Source: an uncultured bacterium (GTDB lineage: Bacteria > Chloroflexota > UBA5177 > JANWHV01). Taken from it: 64,000 nucleotides of DNA. Below, one piece after another: positions 19,801 to 30,283 of the stretch. The notes under the pieces were generated by a model that had not been told where the DNA came from, did not search any database, and was given only the letters and a program-made list of their open reading frames with translations. Positions within the stretch are counted from its first letter, which is position 1. Every line of letters starts with the position of its first letter. A program made the translations under genes and the position numbers. The stretch spans positions 576,001 through 640,000 of the forward strand of contig CAWHAE010000010.1 in NCBI GenBank assembly GCA_963827235.1, given 5' to 3'.

Positions 19801-19903
19801 GATCACGCGAGTTAGCCAAGTCCACCGAATCCACGCAGAGGTGTATCCGGCCAGATGGAATGATACGAAACACGGTCGACAGTGCGGTGTCCTGCATGAC
19901 CAA
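16838..19903 (-). CDS. Sensor histidine kinase with two-component-regulator beta-propellers and Y_Y_Y domain
   Basis: About 14 D..G.LWIGT..GL repeats; YRVQLVG.E..W...YTNL.PGSY (Y_Y_Y); SHELRTPL, NLIDNAAKY, GTGLGL. Confidence 0.93.
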   Translation of the reverse strand: MVMQDTALSTVFRIIPSGRIHLCVDSVDLANSRDLHDLPARPITALAQDAHGYLWLGTQHGPVLFDGLVGAVPPALATLQGCFVRRFCFVGDRVLWMGTVGQGLVLVALGMAGPQLQQRLTQAHGLPDNTIRTLSADERGTVWVGTKAGIAVVEHGAVVRCIGERDGLPASEIRALCHDSLGRLWIGTENGLAVIVGGNVDRSLLADQDVAGGPVQSLALDREGKIWVGLRNGNLLRAEPGSAGAVRVVYVSNCGSPVDEMCTDRLGRLWLGTRQGAYVYSRGVQCDAFGHQDGLPVTGILSLHADPDGRVWAGTDAGLALLVTTSLPARALGGPNMPDRTLAWAFLDNGSDQLWLGTADGLRGIDKSAERRVAVSDLPAVLQQETVWSLCTDQLGLLWVGVRRQGVYCLQPATVAARAHLLDESAADVPCMCTIGPHQLWIATERQGLFRIDVRSHQITAAVGSAQGMPDTDIRSLVVDQRGRLWAGTVSGRVVCIDPERACVLCTLAVGLDTAPAMVLGLVCDAQGWIWACTGGAGLVCIDPEQMVVVRTVTTADGLRSNWLYSCQTDQKGRLWLSSTRGVLRFCPKTGQCIALDQSLGLPDDDCNSNALRLDASGWLWVGTARGVGIVDTTLVPDDVSPCSVYLTSFRVLGQPCDFVPGMELEDSAYDLQFEYGAVSFVAPAMVQYRVQLVGLETGWSAPTFQRLQRYTNLQPGSYCLRVSACNWGGRWSEPLEAAFRIILDRRTQAVEEARERERLEAEQLRTELLSRSQAQAAAALELAELRSTFVASVSHELRTPLTAIVGYAELLQAHWTQLDDVARLDRINRIVTSARRQQRLVEELLLLSRLEMGALVGTTEAALLARLVERAVEEVRVAYHGQQIGTQGPADLAIRADPDRTVQILVNLIDNAAKYSPEGAPIMVTWARDASRATVLVRDRGAGIPAEGRERLFTRFGRVPGSRMRAGHVGTGLGLYLGRSLARAMDGELDLASTDHSGSVFRLSLPAEVGLDPEPAIHEP

Positions 19904-20247
19904 TGCGATACACCCTTGATCGACTTGGGCCCGGCCTACTCCACTGTAGCGCTGTGGCTACCTCTATGTCATTCTCAGATCGGACGCATGGGCGATTGTA
20001 GTAGTCAAAGCGACTCGTGCCACTTGCCGCTCCCGCCAGATCGCTCCAGCACGCACCCGATTCAGCCTGCCATCATGATCGCTCCAGTCACCTGCCGGCG
20101 AGGAGCGCATCGCAATGCTGGTCGCATCAAGCACGCCCATGTCGGCTACGGTGATTCGGATCCCCACGTTGTGCGTGGCCAGCGGATGAACCAGGGTCCG
20201 GCGTTGTAGCATTGAGGCAGAGTCATGCTGCCTGGAGGGAGGTATGA

Positions 20248-21219
20248 GTGCCGGAGCGCATAGTCTTCCTGGACCGCAATGCGATTCGCGTGCCGCTGCG
20301 CAGTCCAGGTTTTCCGCATGTCTGGCAGGAGTACGCTCACACTCCTCCCGACCTGACCATTCCCAGACTTCGCGAAGCGGGTGGTGCGGGCGCCACGGTG
20401 GCGATCACCAATCGCGCGTTCATCGACGGCTCCGTGCTCGACGCCGTTCCTACCCTGCGTCTGGTAGCCGTGGCCGCGACCGGCTACGACCAGGTGGACG
20501 TCGCGGCCTGCCGCTCGCACGGCGTGGCCGTATCCAACGTGCGCAATTGGGCGGTATCGGTTCCGGAGCACATCTTCGCCATGATGCTCGCTCTGCGGCG
20601 ACAGCTTCCCTCGTACCAGCGAGCAGTCGAACAGGGAGCCTGGCAGCGGTCGCCCACCTACGGTGTGCTGCTCGAGCCCATGCCCCGCACTCTGATGGGT
20701 GCCACGCTCGGGTTGATCGGCTACGGCGATCTGGGCAGGCAGGTGGAGACGCTGGCACGTGCCTTCTCCATGCGCATCCTGCTCTCTGAACACAGAGGGA
20801 CGCGTTCCGTGCGCCCGGAACGCACTCCCTTCCAGGAGGTGCTTGCCCGGAGCGACATACTGGTCATCCTCTGCCCGCTCAATGACCAGACAAGGAACCT
20901 GATCGGGACGGCGGAGCTGGCGGAGATGCGCCCAGACGCCATCCTGATCAACTGCGCGCGCGGCGGCATTGTGGACGAGGCCGCATTGGCCGCGGCGCTC
21001 GTGGCCGGAACCATAGGCGCGGCTGGCGTCGACGTCCTGTCCGAGGAGCCGCCGGCAACCGGCAACGCCTTACTCGAGCTTCACTTGCCAAACCTTCTAC
21101 TGACACCGCACATGGCCTGGGCCAGTATCGAGTCGCTGCAAAACCTCGGCGAGCAGCTAATAGGCACCATCGAGGCGTTCGTCGCCGGGGCGCCCCGAAA
21201 CCTCGTCACACCTTCGTGA
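20248..21219 (+). CDS. D-2-hydroxyacid dehydrogenase (glycerate dehydrogenase/hydroxypyruvate reductase-like)
   Basis: AVAATGYDQVD, GLIGYGDLG, CPLNDQT, INCARGGIVDE, DVLSEEPP, TPHMAWAS. Confidence 0.92.
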   Translation: MPERIVFLDRNAIRVPLRSPGFPHVWQEYAHTPPDLTIPRLREAGGAGATVAITNRAFIDGSVLDAVPTLRLVAVAATGYDQVDVAACRSHGVAVSNVRNWAVSVPEHIFAMMLALRRQLPSYQRAVEQGAWQRSPTYGVLLEPMPRTLMGATLGLIGYGDLGRQVETLARAFSMRILLSEHRGTRSVRPERTPFQEVLARSDILVILCPLNDQTRNLIGTAELAEMRPDAILINCARGGIVDEAALAAALVAGTIGAAGVDVLSEEPPATGNALLELHLPNLLLTPHMAWASIESLQNLGEQLIGTIEAFVAGAPRNLVTPS

Positions 21220-21281
21220 TACCGACCTGTCACGGCACGGATTCGGCGCTATCTACCTACCGACCGTGACCGGCTCTCGGG

Positions 21282-22208
21282 CTACCGCGGGGGTTTCAGC
21301 AGACCGTCAACCTCGGCTCGAGATGGCATGGAAGCCTGTGCACCCACCCGCGTGGTGGAGAGCGCCGCCGCTGCATTGGCAAAGGCCACCGCGTCGAGCA
21401 GCGGCCGATCCTGCATCAGCGCCACGGCGAGCGCGCCGGCGAAGCAATCGCCGGCGGCAGTCGTGTCGACCGTGGCCACGCGATGGCCACGAACCATGGT
21501 CATGCTGCCTCCGTCCGCCACCAGAACTCCGTGGGCACCCAGCTTCACCAGTACGGCCGCGGGGCCGAGAGCCAGCAGACGCGCTGCCGCCTCACGCGCC
21601 GTGTCCGCCGACACCTCGGGCATGCCAGCCAGCAGGGCGGCCTCGGTCTGGTTGGGTGTGAGTACGTCGACCTGGCGCAACAAGTCCTCGGCAAGCGGCT
21701 GTGCCGGTGCCGGATCGAGTATCACACGCATGCCGCGCGCCCGGGCCAAGCGAGCAGCTGCCGTCACTGAAGCCAGGGGTATCTCGAGCTGGAGCAGGAG
21801 AATCCTCGCCTCCGGCATCCGGTCCAGAGCCGCTTCGACGTCTTCAGGCAGCAGGAGGGCGTTCGCACCCTGCACGACCACGATACTGTTCTCGCCCGCC
21901 TCGGCCACCTCAATGATCGCCACCCCGCTGCGAGGACCTCGTTCGGTCATTGCTTCCACGCAGACGCCTGCCTCTGACAAGGCGATGCGCAGTCGTTGCC
22001 CGTAAGCATCGGCGCCCAGGCAGGCAACCATCGCCACGTCGCCGCCAAGCGTACCGGCGGCAGCGGCCTGATTGCCGCCCTTTCCGCCCGGCGATTCGAG
22101 CAGCTCCGTACCAAGGATGGTCTCGCCGGGCACGGGTATGTGCGGGCAGCGGGCGGCAATATCCATGTTCACGCTGCCGACTACGACGATGCGGCTGTCG
22201 ATGGTCAT
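21282..22208 (-). CDS. rbsK: Ribokinase
   Basis: VVGSVNMD, PGETI, PGGKGGNQA, LQLEIP, PNQTEA, DTTAAGDCFAG, GAQASMP. Confidence 0.92.
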   Translation of the reverse strand: MTIDSRIVVVGSVNMDIAARCPHIPVPGETILGTELLESPGGKGGNQAAAAGTLGGDVAMVACLGADAYGQRLRIALSEAGVCVEAMTERGPRSGVAIIEVAEAGENSIVVVQGANALLLPEDVEAALDRMPEARILLLQLEIPLASVTAAARLARARGMRVILDPAPAQPLAEDLLRQVDVLTPNQTEAALLAGMPEVSADTAREAAARLLALGPAAVLVKLGAHGVLVADGGSMTMVRGHRVATVDTTAAGDCFAGALAVALMQDRPLLDAVAFANAAAALSTTRVGAQASMPSRAEVDGLLKPPR

Positions 22209-22609
22209 CTAGTCCTCCCACTGCCAGGCCAAACAGAATCGCTCAATGCGTTGCCAGGACCGCACCGTTCGGGCGAATCCGTGCTCAGTGAGCCTCAGGC
22301 GCCCACGGCATCTGCTCCACGAGCCGCCCCGCTACGCTACACTTGCCCTAGCACCGGTCGCGAGCCGCTTCGCATTGTATCGCCTTACCTCCCTGATGGG
22401 TTCTCCGTTGCTCCGCGACCGAGACAGCGAATGGTCACGCAGGCCGACTCTCCTGCGTGGAGACCGTACACGGCAGACGTCCGGCTCTGCCGGGAGCGGC
22501 AGCTAATGGTACAGAGGATGCCCTTCTGAAATAGGCGTGAAGATCGGTACTCCGGGCTCCGGCGGCGAATATCCGTTGGCGAGCCGATCGGTGGGAGGCT
22601 GAAGGGAGC

Positions 22610-25600
22610 GTGCACATGAGTGGTCGACCCGCGGGCCCGTCCATCGCCCGTCTTGGCACGTTCATCGTCATCCTGGCTGCCGTGGCGACAGGTAATGTCG
22701 CGCAGCGTGCATCGGCCGGTCACGACTCCGCGCAGCCCGGCACCGATCAGGGACCGATTACCATTACGACAACCAACCCGCATAACTCGCACGCCAGGTA
22801 CCGCGCGCGCTCGGGACGATCCGGCGATGTGGTCGAGATTTCCACCGACGACGGCAGCCACTGGCTCAACGTGCTGGCTCCCGTGCCTCCGAGGCCCAAC
22901 GCCGGGGCGTACGCCGCCCTCGGCCAATGGAGCTCCTGCGTGCCTGCCAGCTATCAGCGCGTCGACGCTCTTGCCGTCGACGGGGCAGGCCCCGGCATGC
23001 TGTACATCGGCACCGCCGGAGCGGTCGGAGACTATCTCGACCGCGGCTGCAGCAGTGCCCAGGGGGGACTGTACGCGAGCGCAAATGGCGCCGCGGCAGC
23101 ATCAATGGGCACTCGCGGACTGCCCTATGCGCAGGATCCCGCCGGCCGCACCACCCCGGCCTTCGACGTCGACGCCGTGACAGCCGACCCGCGCATCAAC
23201 GCGATCTACGTGCACGCCAGCGGCGGCACGGGGCCGGGGTCGCCTCCGGCAGGCTTGTATAGGTCCACGGACGGCGGCGAAGCCTGGACCGAGGTCGACG
23301 CGGGACTCCGGCCCAGCTCCTGGATCACGAGCTCGGCAGGAACGACGGTGCCGGTCTTCGATGCGGGCGGTCTGGTCGTAGACTCGTCGGATCCGTCGCA
23401 CCTCATCTTCCGGAATGATACCGGCACGTACCAATCCATTAACGCCGGTGCGTTCTGGAAGTCACCGGGCGGAAGCGAGGCATGGACGCCATCGCCAACA
23501 CCGGTCGCACCGCCTGTGCCGACCGCCGTCGTGGCGGCTGCCATGCTTCCCCAGTCCCGCGCGGCTGCTTCGTTTTCGCCATTGCCCACCGGCTGGGCCT
23601 GGCAACAGGTAGCGCCGTCTGGGACTGTCCCGCCGGCGAGGCAAGACGCTGCCACCGCCTGGGATTCCGCGGACAACATGCTGCTGGTGTTCGGGGGTGC
23701 CACGACCAGCTCACAGCCACTGGGTGACCTCTGGTCCTACTCACCGTCCACCAACACCTGGCTCCAGCGTGCCTCAGGCCCCAGTGCCCGATTCGGTGCC
23801 GCGGCTGTGTGGGACACGGTCGACAACCAGCTGCTCGTCTTCGGCGGGCAGACTGGATCGAACGCTTCAACCGCTTACATGGGCGATCTGTGGGCGTACC
23901 GTCCTTCCACCAACACATGGAGCGCGCTCTCGGCTACCGGCGCCGCGGGCGCCCCTCCGGCGCGGTCGCATGCCGTGGCAGCGTTTGACGGCTCCCATCT
24001 CTTGATGTTCTCCGGAGAAATCTCCGAGAATCCGATGCAGGGCACGAACGACCTCTGGTCATTCACACTCTCGGGCGGCGGCAGCAGCGGCACGTGGGCA
24101 CAGCTTCAGGCCAACAACTCATCCTGCACGGTTACCTGCCCGCAGCAGCGGTACTCCGCCAGCGGCGCGTGGAATGCCAACCTGGGCGCGCTTGTGGCGT
24201 TCGGCGGCAAGAATGGCGCGCAGACCGTCCTCAGCGACCTGTGGACGTACGGTCCTGGCTCGGGCTGGCAAGCGGGCAGCTCACTGAGCAACTCGCAAGA
24301 ACCTGCAGGTCGTGCAGAAGCGGGCATGGCGTATGATGCCGCTCACGCTGCGATCATGGTCGGCCCTGGTCTGAGCCTGGCCAGCGGAGACATCGTCGAC
24401 GTCTCCGCGGCCTACGCCGATCCGTCCGGTTGGCTGCGCCTGCCGGTGGCAACGGCGCCCCAGCCGCTCCAGCGCCGCCTGACCAACTTCACCTGGAACC
24501 CCGCGGATGGCAGCTTCTATCTCTTCGGCGGTAGGGTCGCCGGAGTGGGAGCGGATAATGACCTGTGGAGGCTGGCGCCGGCAGCACCCGTCGCCACGCC
24601 AACCGCTCAGCCGGCGTCGACGACGGTCGCCGGTCTCGACGAAGGCTGGGCCGTCGACAACTCCGGCAACGTCATTGTGACGCCGGCGCAGATCGCGGTC
24701 ACCGGCAACGCCGGCGCCCGCTACGTCAGAGTGAACTTCAGGATCGGTAGCGCGACCGACTGGACGGACGCCGCGCGTCTGGCTGCCTATGACACGGTGA
24801 TCGCCAATTATCAAGCCGCCGGTATCCAGGTGCTCGGCCTGATCACCTCGGAAGCCACGCACAGCAGCCAATCCGATTGGGTGGCCAACAGTCGGGAGGT
24901 GAGCGGCGGCAACGGCGACAACAGCTTTATCAGCAGCACCTACGTGCAGGGAGCCGTCAAACCGCTTCTGGCACACTTCGCAGACCGCGTGAAGCTCTGG
25001 GAGCTCTGGAACGAGCCCAACGAGTACCAGTCGTGCAGCGGCGCCGTGTGCACGGGAGGGTCATTCATCTATCCCTCTAACTTCGCGGCTCTGCTCGTGG
25101 ATTCCTACGTGGCGGTCAAGGACCCGGCGCCAAACGGGCTCGGCCTCGCCGGCGTCACGCTCATCTCGGGTGGTCTCTTCGGACACAGCATCGGTGGCGT
25201 GCTGACCGCCACCAACGCCGGCGCCACGTACCTGTCCAACGTGTTCACCATGGGCATCAGCACGGTGGGTACCTGGACGGCCTTCGCGGCGGCGCACGGA
25301 GGCCGCTATCCCCTCGACGCGATCGGCCAGCACCTCTACGTCGACCAGAACCTGATCACTACGACGACCGATATCGCATCGTACTACGGCTGGATCCGCT
25401 CCGCCGTAACGCCGTTCGAGACTCCTCAGCCGACCTACCTTACGGAAGCGGCGTGGAGCACGACGAGCGTGCCGCAAAATGTGCAGGCGGGCAACCTGGA
25501 CCTGCTGTTCGGCGCCACGCGGGCCGTGGGTTACGCCCCGCTTCTGACCTGGTTCGAGCTGCAGGACGTACCGCAGAACGGCCTCTATTTCGGTCTCGCG

Positions 25601-26329
25601 GACGCAAATCTCACCACAAAGCCGTCCTACAGCCACTATCAGGCGCAGGTGGCCATGGCGTCGGCCGGCGCTACCTCCACAGGCACGGCCACGAGCACCC
25701 CAACCGCCTCCGCCACCGGGACGGAGACCGGCACCTGGACCGTCACCGCTAGCGCTACGCCAACCATCACCGCGACCGCGACCGCCACGCCCAGCTCGAC
25801 GTCGACGCCGACCGCGTCCGGAACGCCCACCGCGACGCCGTCAGTCACCGCGAGCATAACACCGACCGGCACCGCGAGCCTGACGCCCACGGGCACGCCC
25901 AGCGCGTCGCCAAGCGCCATCCCGAGCATGACGCGGACGTCCACCCCAACGCCAACCCGCCTCGCCAGCCCCACGTCGAGCGCCACGGCAGTCGCCGTAC
26001 GCGTGACGATTGCCGGTGCTTGGGTCAGTCCCGGTAGAGTTGCTCGGGGTGGTACCGAGGTGCTGAGCGCGACGATCCAGACAAACGTACAGCTCAGCGG
26101 CGTCCTCGTCGACCTCGAGGTCTACAGCCCATCCAACAGCAAGATCTACCAGTGGTTTACCAGCGGGCAGTCGTTCGCGGCAGGCTCACCGCGAACGTAC
26201 AGCACCAGCTGGCGTGTACCCGCGGGCCAGTCCAGCGGAACCTACACCTTCAAGATCGGTGTGTACGGTCCCGCCTGGAGTCCCATGTATATCTGGAACA
26301 ACTCTGCGGCGAGGTTCACCGTTGCGTAG
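22610..26329 (+). CDS. Large secreted multidomain protein: BNR/Asp-box region, Kelch propeller, clan GH-A glycoside hydrolase, Thr/Pro linker, C-terminal Ig-like domain
   Basis: Signal-like N-terminus; STDDGSHW/STDGGEAW boxes; LLVFGG...DLW.Y repeats; WELWNEPN and YLTE catalytic motifs; TPTAT-rich tract at about 25670-25990. Confidence 0.85.
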   Translation: MHMSGRPAGPSIARLGTFIVILAAVATGNVAQRASAGHDSAQPGTDQGPITITTTNPHNSHARYRARSGRSGDVVEISTDDGSHWLNVLAPVPPRPNAGAYAALGQWSSCVPASYQRVDALAVDGAGPGMLYIGTAGAVGDYLDRGCSSAQGGLYASANGAAAASMGTRGLPYAQDPAGRTTPAFDVDAVTADPRINAIYVHASGGTGPGSPPAGLYRSTDGGEAWTEVDAGLRPSSWITSSAGTTVPVFDAGGLVVDSSDPSHLIFRNDTGTYQSINAGAFWKSPGGSEAWTPSPTPVAPPVPTAVVAAAMLPQSRAAASFSPLPTGWAWQQVAPSGTVPPARQDAATAWDSADNMLLVFGGATTSSQPLGDLWSYSPSTNTWLQRASGPSARFGAAAVWDTVDNQLLVFGGQTGSNASTAYMGDLWAYRPSTNTWSALSATGAAGAPPARSHAVAAFDGSHLLMFSGEISENPMQGTNDLWSFTLSGGGSSGTWAQLQANNSSCTVTCPQQRYSASGAWNANLGALVAFGGKNGAQTVLSDLWTYGPGSGWQAGSSLSNSQEPAGRAEAGMAYDAAHAAIMVGPGLSLASGDIVDVSAAYADPSGWLRLPVATAPQPLQRRLTNFTWNPADGSFYLFGGRVAGVGADNDLWRLAPAAPVATPTAQPASTTVAGLDEGWAVDNSGNVIVTPAQIAVTGNAGARYVRVNFRIGSATDWTDAARLAAYDTVIANYQAAGIQVLGLITSEATHSSQSDWVANSREVSGGNGDNSFISSTYVQGAVKPLLAHFADRVKLWELWNEPNEYQSCSGAVCTGGSFIYPSNFAALLVDSYVAVKDPAPNGLGLAGVTLISGGLFGHSIGGVLTATNAGATYLSNVFTMGISTVGTWTAFAAAHGGRYPLDAIGQHLYVDQNLITTTTDIASYYGWIRSAVTPFETPQPTYLTEAAWSTTSVPQNVQAGNLDLLFGATRAVGYAPLLTWFELQDVPQNGLYFGLADANLTTKPSYSHYQAQVAMASAGATSTGTATSTPTASATGTETGTWTVTASATPTITATATATPSSTSTPTASGTPTATPSVTASITPTGTASLTPTGTPSASPSAIPSMTRTSTPTPTRLASPTSSATAVAVRVTIAGAWVSPGRVARGGTEVLSATIQTNVQLSGVLVDLEVYSPSNSKIYQWFTSGQSFAAGSPRTYSTSWRVPAGQSSGTYTFKIGVYGPAWSPMYIWNNSAARFTVA

Positions 26330-26389
26330 CGCGTCGCAACACCCCGCGCTTCCTGCCGCCGGCAGTGCAGGTGTGCTAGAGAACACGTC

Positions 26390-27361
26390 TCACAGCGACG
26401 CGGCCCGGGTGGCCGACCGGCGACTGGACTGCGCCGCAAGGACGACGGCCGCCAGAACGAACAAGGCACCGACGAAGAACGGCGGAGCGAGGTGCTCGCC
26501 CAAAACGATAGAGCCCAGGGCGCCGCCTACCACCGGTTGTGCGAGCAAATAGAGGGAGCCCGTCGACGCCGGCATATACTCAAAGCCCTTGTTCCACAGG
26601 TAGAACGCCCCCGCGGTGCAGACCGTCCCGATATACACGATGCCGAGCCAAAGCCGTGCATCGGAAGGAATCGACCAGCCTTCCGCTACCGCCTGTCCGA
26701 GAGCAGGCGGTAGCGAGAACAGCACGCCGAACACCGTGGCCCATGCCGTGACCGTCAACGGAGGGTAGCGGAGCGTGCCGATCCGGCTGCCAACGGTGTA
26801 CGCGGCCCAGGCAGCAGCCGCAACGCCAAGCGCAACGTTGCCCATGACCGCGCCGCCGGACCTGGATCCCGGCAGGCCGATGACCGCCACAATGCCCGTC
26901 AGGCCCAGGATCAGAGCCGCGCCAGATGACCAGGTTGGGCGTTCATCCAGCCACAACATGGCGAAGAGGGTCACAAGCGCGGGCGAGGCCGCGGTGATGA
27001 GGGAACCCAGTGCCGCGCCGGCAAGCGCGGTACCTGCAAACTGCAGCCCGATGGAGATCGTGTATCCTCCAAGCCCCAGGGCAGCGAATAAGCCCAGGTC
27101 GCGTCGTCGCACACGGAGCGTCCCCCAACCCAGCGCCGCACCAACGAGGATGGGCAGGGCAATGAGATAGCGCAGCTCAACCAGCACCATGGCGGGGACA
27201 CGACGCAGAATGGCGGCACTGATGACGAAGGTGGTGCCCCAGATCGCCGCTGCGCCACCCAGGCAGAGCGGGCCAGCTGCAGCGATGATGACGACCAGTA
27301 CCGTCTTCCGCGGACTTCGCCACGGTCGCCCCCATGTGCCGACGCGCCGGTTCAACCGCAA
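26390..27361 (-). CDS. EamA/DMT-family transporter
   Basis: AAIWGTTFV, LRYLIA, LITAASPALV, AFYLWNKG, QPVVG...LGE; about ten TM segments. Start uncertain. Confidence 0.88.
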   Translation of the reverse strand: MRLNRRVGTWGRPWRSPRKTVLVVIIAAAGPLCLGGAAAIWGTTFVISAAILRRVPAMVLVELRYLIALPILVGAALGWGTLRVRRRDLGLFAALGLGGYTISIGLQFAGTALAGAALGSLITAASPALVTLFAMLWLDERPTWSSGAALILGLTGIVAVIGLPGSRSGGAVMGNVALGVAAAAWAAYTVGSRIGTLRYPPLTVTAWATVFGVLFSLPPALGQAVAEGWSIPSDARLWLGIVYIGTVCTAGAFYLWNKGFEYMPASTGSLYLLAQPVVGGALGSIVLGEHLAPPFFVGALFVLAAVVLAAQSSRRSATRAASL

Positions 27362-27593
27362 ACGAGTAGTGCCCTTCCCTCAATCACGCGTCTCGCACCG
27401 CTTCGACGCAGACGGCCTCCGCATGAACACATGCCAGTACCTACGCGTTCAGTCAAGCGGGCATCCGTGACCGGACCATACTGCTGCCTTTCCACTGCTC
27501 TTGGGGCAACTCGGGCGTCGATACCGACGGCGCTGCTCCTAAGAATACCGTCGAGGGCGCGACGTGCACTCGCTGATCACGCCGGCCCGCCGC

Positions 27594-29402
27594 TCAGCTC
27601 TGGCGGCCCGTCTTCGCGTCTGCCTCTTCCTGCATGCCGTGGATATAGCGCCGCCCGCGCAGCAGCGAGGCTATCGCCGCCACGACCGTGAACACCGCCG
27701 AGATGATGAATGCGGCGTGCAGACCGTCCATGAACGCCGGCAGGATGAGGTGGGGAAAGAACGTCTTGCCGAACAGGGTGGACTGCGCCTGCGCGTCCAG
27801 ATGGACCGCCACGGACGGAGGCACCAGCGAGCGCATCGGATTGTAGCCCAGGAAAGCTGCGAAGAGCACGCTGATAGGCGGCAGCCCGGCGATGTGGTGG
27901 GCGACCGGCGCAGGCAGCCCCTGCTGGGTCAGGCCCGCCGCCATCACACCGGGCAACGAGGACGCAAGTCCTGCGGTCAAGATAGTAAAGAAGACGGCCA
28001 TGCTGACCATGCTGCCGGCGTTCTGGAAGGTGCCGGCCATGCCGGAGGCCACTCCGCGCACCTTTGCCGGCACGGAGTTCATGATGCTCGTGATGTTGGG
28101 AGCAGCGAACAGACCCATCCCGCTGCCCATGAGCAGCAGGATGGCGAAGAAGACCCAGCGATTGAAGTCGCCCGGCAGCAGGTTGAGCAGAAGGAAGCCG
28201 ACCGCGGTGACGGCCATTCCGCCCGTCGCGAAAGCGCGAGCGCCGTAGCGATCAGATAGCCAGCCGGAGAGGGGCCCGAAGCCGATAAAGCCAAGCATCA
28301 TCGGCATGGTGTAGATGCCCGCCCAGAGCGGCGTGTCCGCGTAATTGTAGCCATGTAGGGGCAGCCAGATGCCTTGCAACCAGATGATCAGCATGAACTG
28401 CAGGCCACCGCGCGCCAGGGCGCTCAGGAAGCCACTCAGATTGCCGGCAGCGAACATGCGAATCCGAAACAGCGCCAACTGGAAGAGAGGATCCGCCACG
28501 TGCGTCTCAATCCAGAGAAAGGCAAGTAACAGGAAAGTGCTGGACGTAAGAGCGGCAATAACCCAGGGGTTACTCCAGCCCATGGCGCTGCGTCCGTACG
28601 GCTCGATGCCATAGGTGATACCGATAAGAAGGAGCGTCAAACCTACCAGGAAGGTCAGGTTGCCCGGAATGTCGAGGCGCTGGCCGGTCTTGATCGTCGC
28701 GACCTCATGCAGCCGGAGATACGCCCACACCGTACCAAACAAGCCGAACGGCACACTGACGAGGAACACCAACCGCCAGTCAATGGTGGCGAGCCATCCG
28801 CCCACCAGCAGGCCGCCCAACGCCCCGGATATGCCGGCAATCTGGTTGATGCCCATGGCCAGGCCGCGCTCGTGCGGCGGGAAGGCATCTGTGAGCAGGG
28901 CGGCGCTGTTGGCGAACAGAAAGGCGCTGCCAACGCCCTGCACTACCCGAAAGCCCAGCAACTCGACGCCCGCCTGCGTGCCGGTGCCCGGCGTGAGGAC
29001 CAGGAAGAGGGAGCCCACCGTGAAGACGGCGAAGCCGAGGTTATACATACGTACCCTGCCTACCATATCCGAGATGCGGCCGAACGTGACGAGCAGGGTG
29101 GCGGTGACCATCATGTAGCCCATCAAGATCCAGAGCAGAAAGCCCGAGTTGCCCGGCGTCATGGGGTCGAGTGCTATGCCGCGAAAGATCGCGGGCAGCG
29201 AGATCATCATGATACTGCCGTTGATGCTCGCCATCAGCACACCGATAGTGGTGTTGGAGAGCACAACCCACTTGTAGCGGTCGCCGTGGGCCGCGCCCGC
29301 AGCCGCCCCGGCGAGGGGCTCAGCTACGACACCCGGCGCCGGTACGCTATTGGCGCTGAGTGCAAGGCTACGCTCCTCGTCAGGTAGCGACTTGAGTGTC
29401 AA
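27594..29402 (-). CDS. MFS transporter, DHA2 (14-TM) type
   Basis: [47 protein letters not shown] start at 29402 chosen for the GGGAGAAGGGA RBS; the track ORF extends to 29618. Confidence 0.92.
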   Translation of the reverse strand: MTLKSLPDEERSLALSANSVPAPGVVAEPLAGAAAGAAHGDRYKWVVLSNTTIGVLMASINGSIMMISLPAIFRGIALDPMTPGNSGFLLWILMGYMMVTATLLVTFGRISDMVGRVRMYNLGFAVFTVGSLFLVLTPGTGTQAGVELLGFRVVQGVGSAFLFANSAALLTDAFPPHERGLAMGINQIAGISGALGGLLVGGWLATIDWRLVFLVSVPFGLFGTVWAYLRLHEVATIKTGQRLDIPGNLTFLVGLTLLLIGITYGIEPYGRSAMGWSNPWVIAALTSSTFLLLAFLWIETHVADPLFQLALFRIRMFAAGNLSGFLSALARGGLQFMLIIWLQGIWLPLHGYNYADTPLWAGIYTMPMMLGFIGFGPLSGWLSDRYGARAFATGGMAVTAVGFLLLNLLPGDFNRWVFFAILLLMGSGMGLFAAPNITSIMNSVPAKVRGVASGMAGTFQNAGSMVSMAVFFTILTAGLASSLPGVMAAGLTQQGLPAPVAHHIAGLPPISVLFAAFLGYNPMRSLVPPSVAVHLDAQAQSTLFGKTFFPHLILPAFMDGLHAAFIISAVFTVVAAIASLLRGRRYIHGMQEEADAKTGRQS

Positions 29403-30283
29403 TCGTCGATCCCTTCTCCCGTGGTCCGTGCAAATCTGTTCCGGCCCACTCTTGCCTGCCGCCGCGACTCTGCCAGCGTGCATGATGGGAGACTGGACTG
29501 CGTGGCCACGCCCCGTCGTGCTCAGTCTCCACGCTGTTGGGCTCGCTCCGCCGATCGGCTTGGGAGAAAGCCGCACCTGGGAAAACACCAGCGCCAACAC
29601 CGGCACAAGGACGGTCATCAGACTGGCCGCACTGCAGCCGTTTCAACGCTCTCACGGTCGCCCACCAAGGTACCACACAGCGTCAAGTCATTCGTGAGTC
29701 GGCTTCCATGCCGGTCCACGACCAGACATGAACCGCACCGAACCACGAGCCGCCTGTGGTGCATGTTCCCTTCTAGTGAGGCCACGACGAGATCAACACA
29801 GCGCGACGATGCCCTGCGATTCATCACGCGGTTGCTCATGGCTCGCCAAGCGCGGAATTGCTTCCGCCCGCGCCTGTTTCAGCCTGGATTGAGTATAGGC
29901 GGGTGATTGCAGCGCCAGTTGAGCACACTGTAGGATGGGGCGTGACGCCGACGCAATCGGGCAGGCATTTCAGACAACATGAACGCCCGCCAACCTAGAA
30001 GTGGACAGGCAGCAATGCTACTGTGAGACTTAAAAGCACTGCCGTATTGTGCCGTCGCGATCGGTGTGCTGCGCGCAGCCCGCACGATGCCGGGCACGTC
30101 ATTGCGTTTCATGAATCAGGACGTCGATCGAGGTACGTGCAGCGGCTGCGACTCCAGCGGTACCTGCACGCGACTGTCGCCGCGACTGGCAGTCTGGTGC
30201 CCACCATGCAGCGACGAATGCCGGACGTGGATGTCGCTGACCCTGCATTGTAGCGATCGGGCACGCATGCGATGGAGAAATGA

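Noticed and set aside
30189-30240. WCPPCSDE(M)PD thioredoxin-like remnant
   Set aside because: Needs a frameshift and covers only about 13 codons; could be chance.
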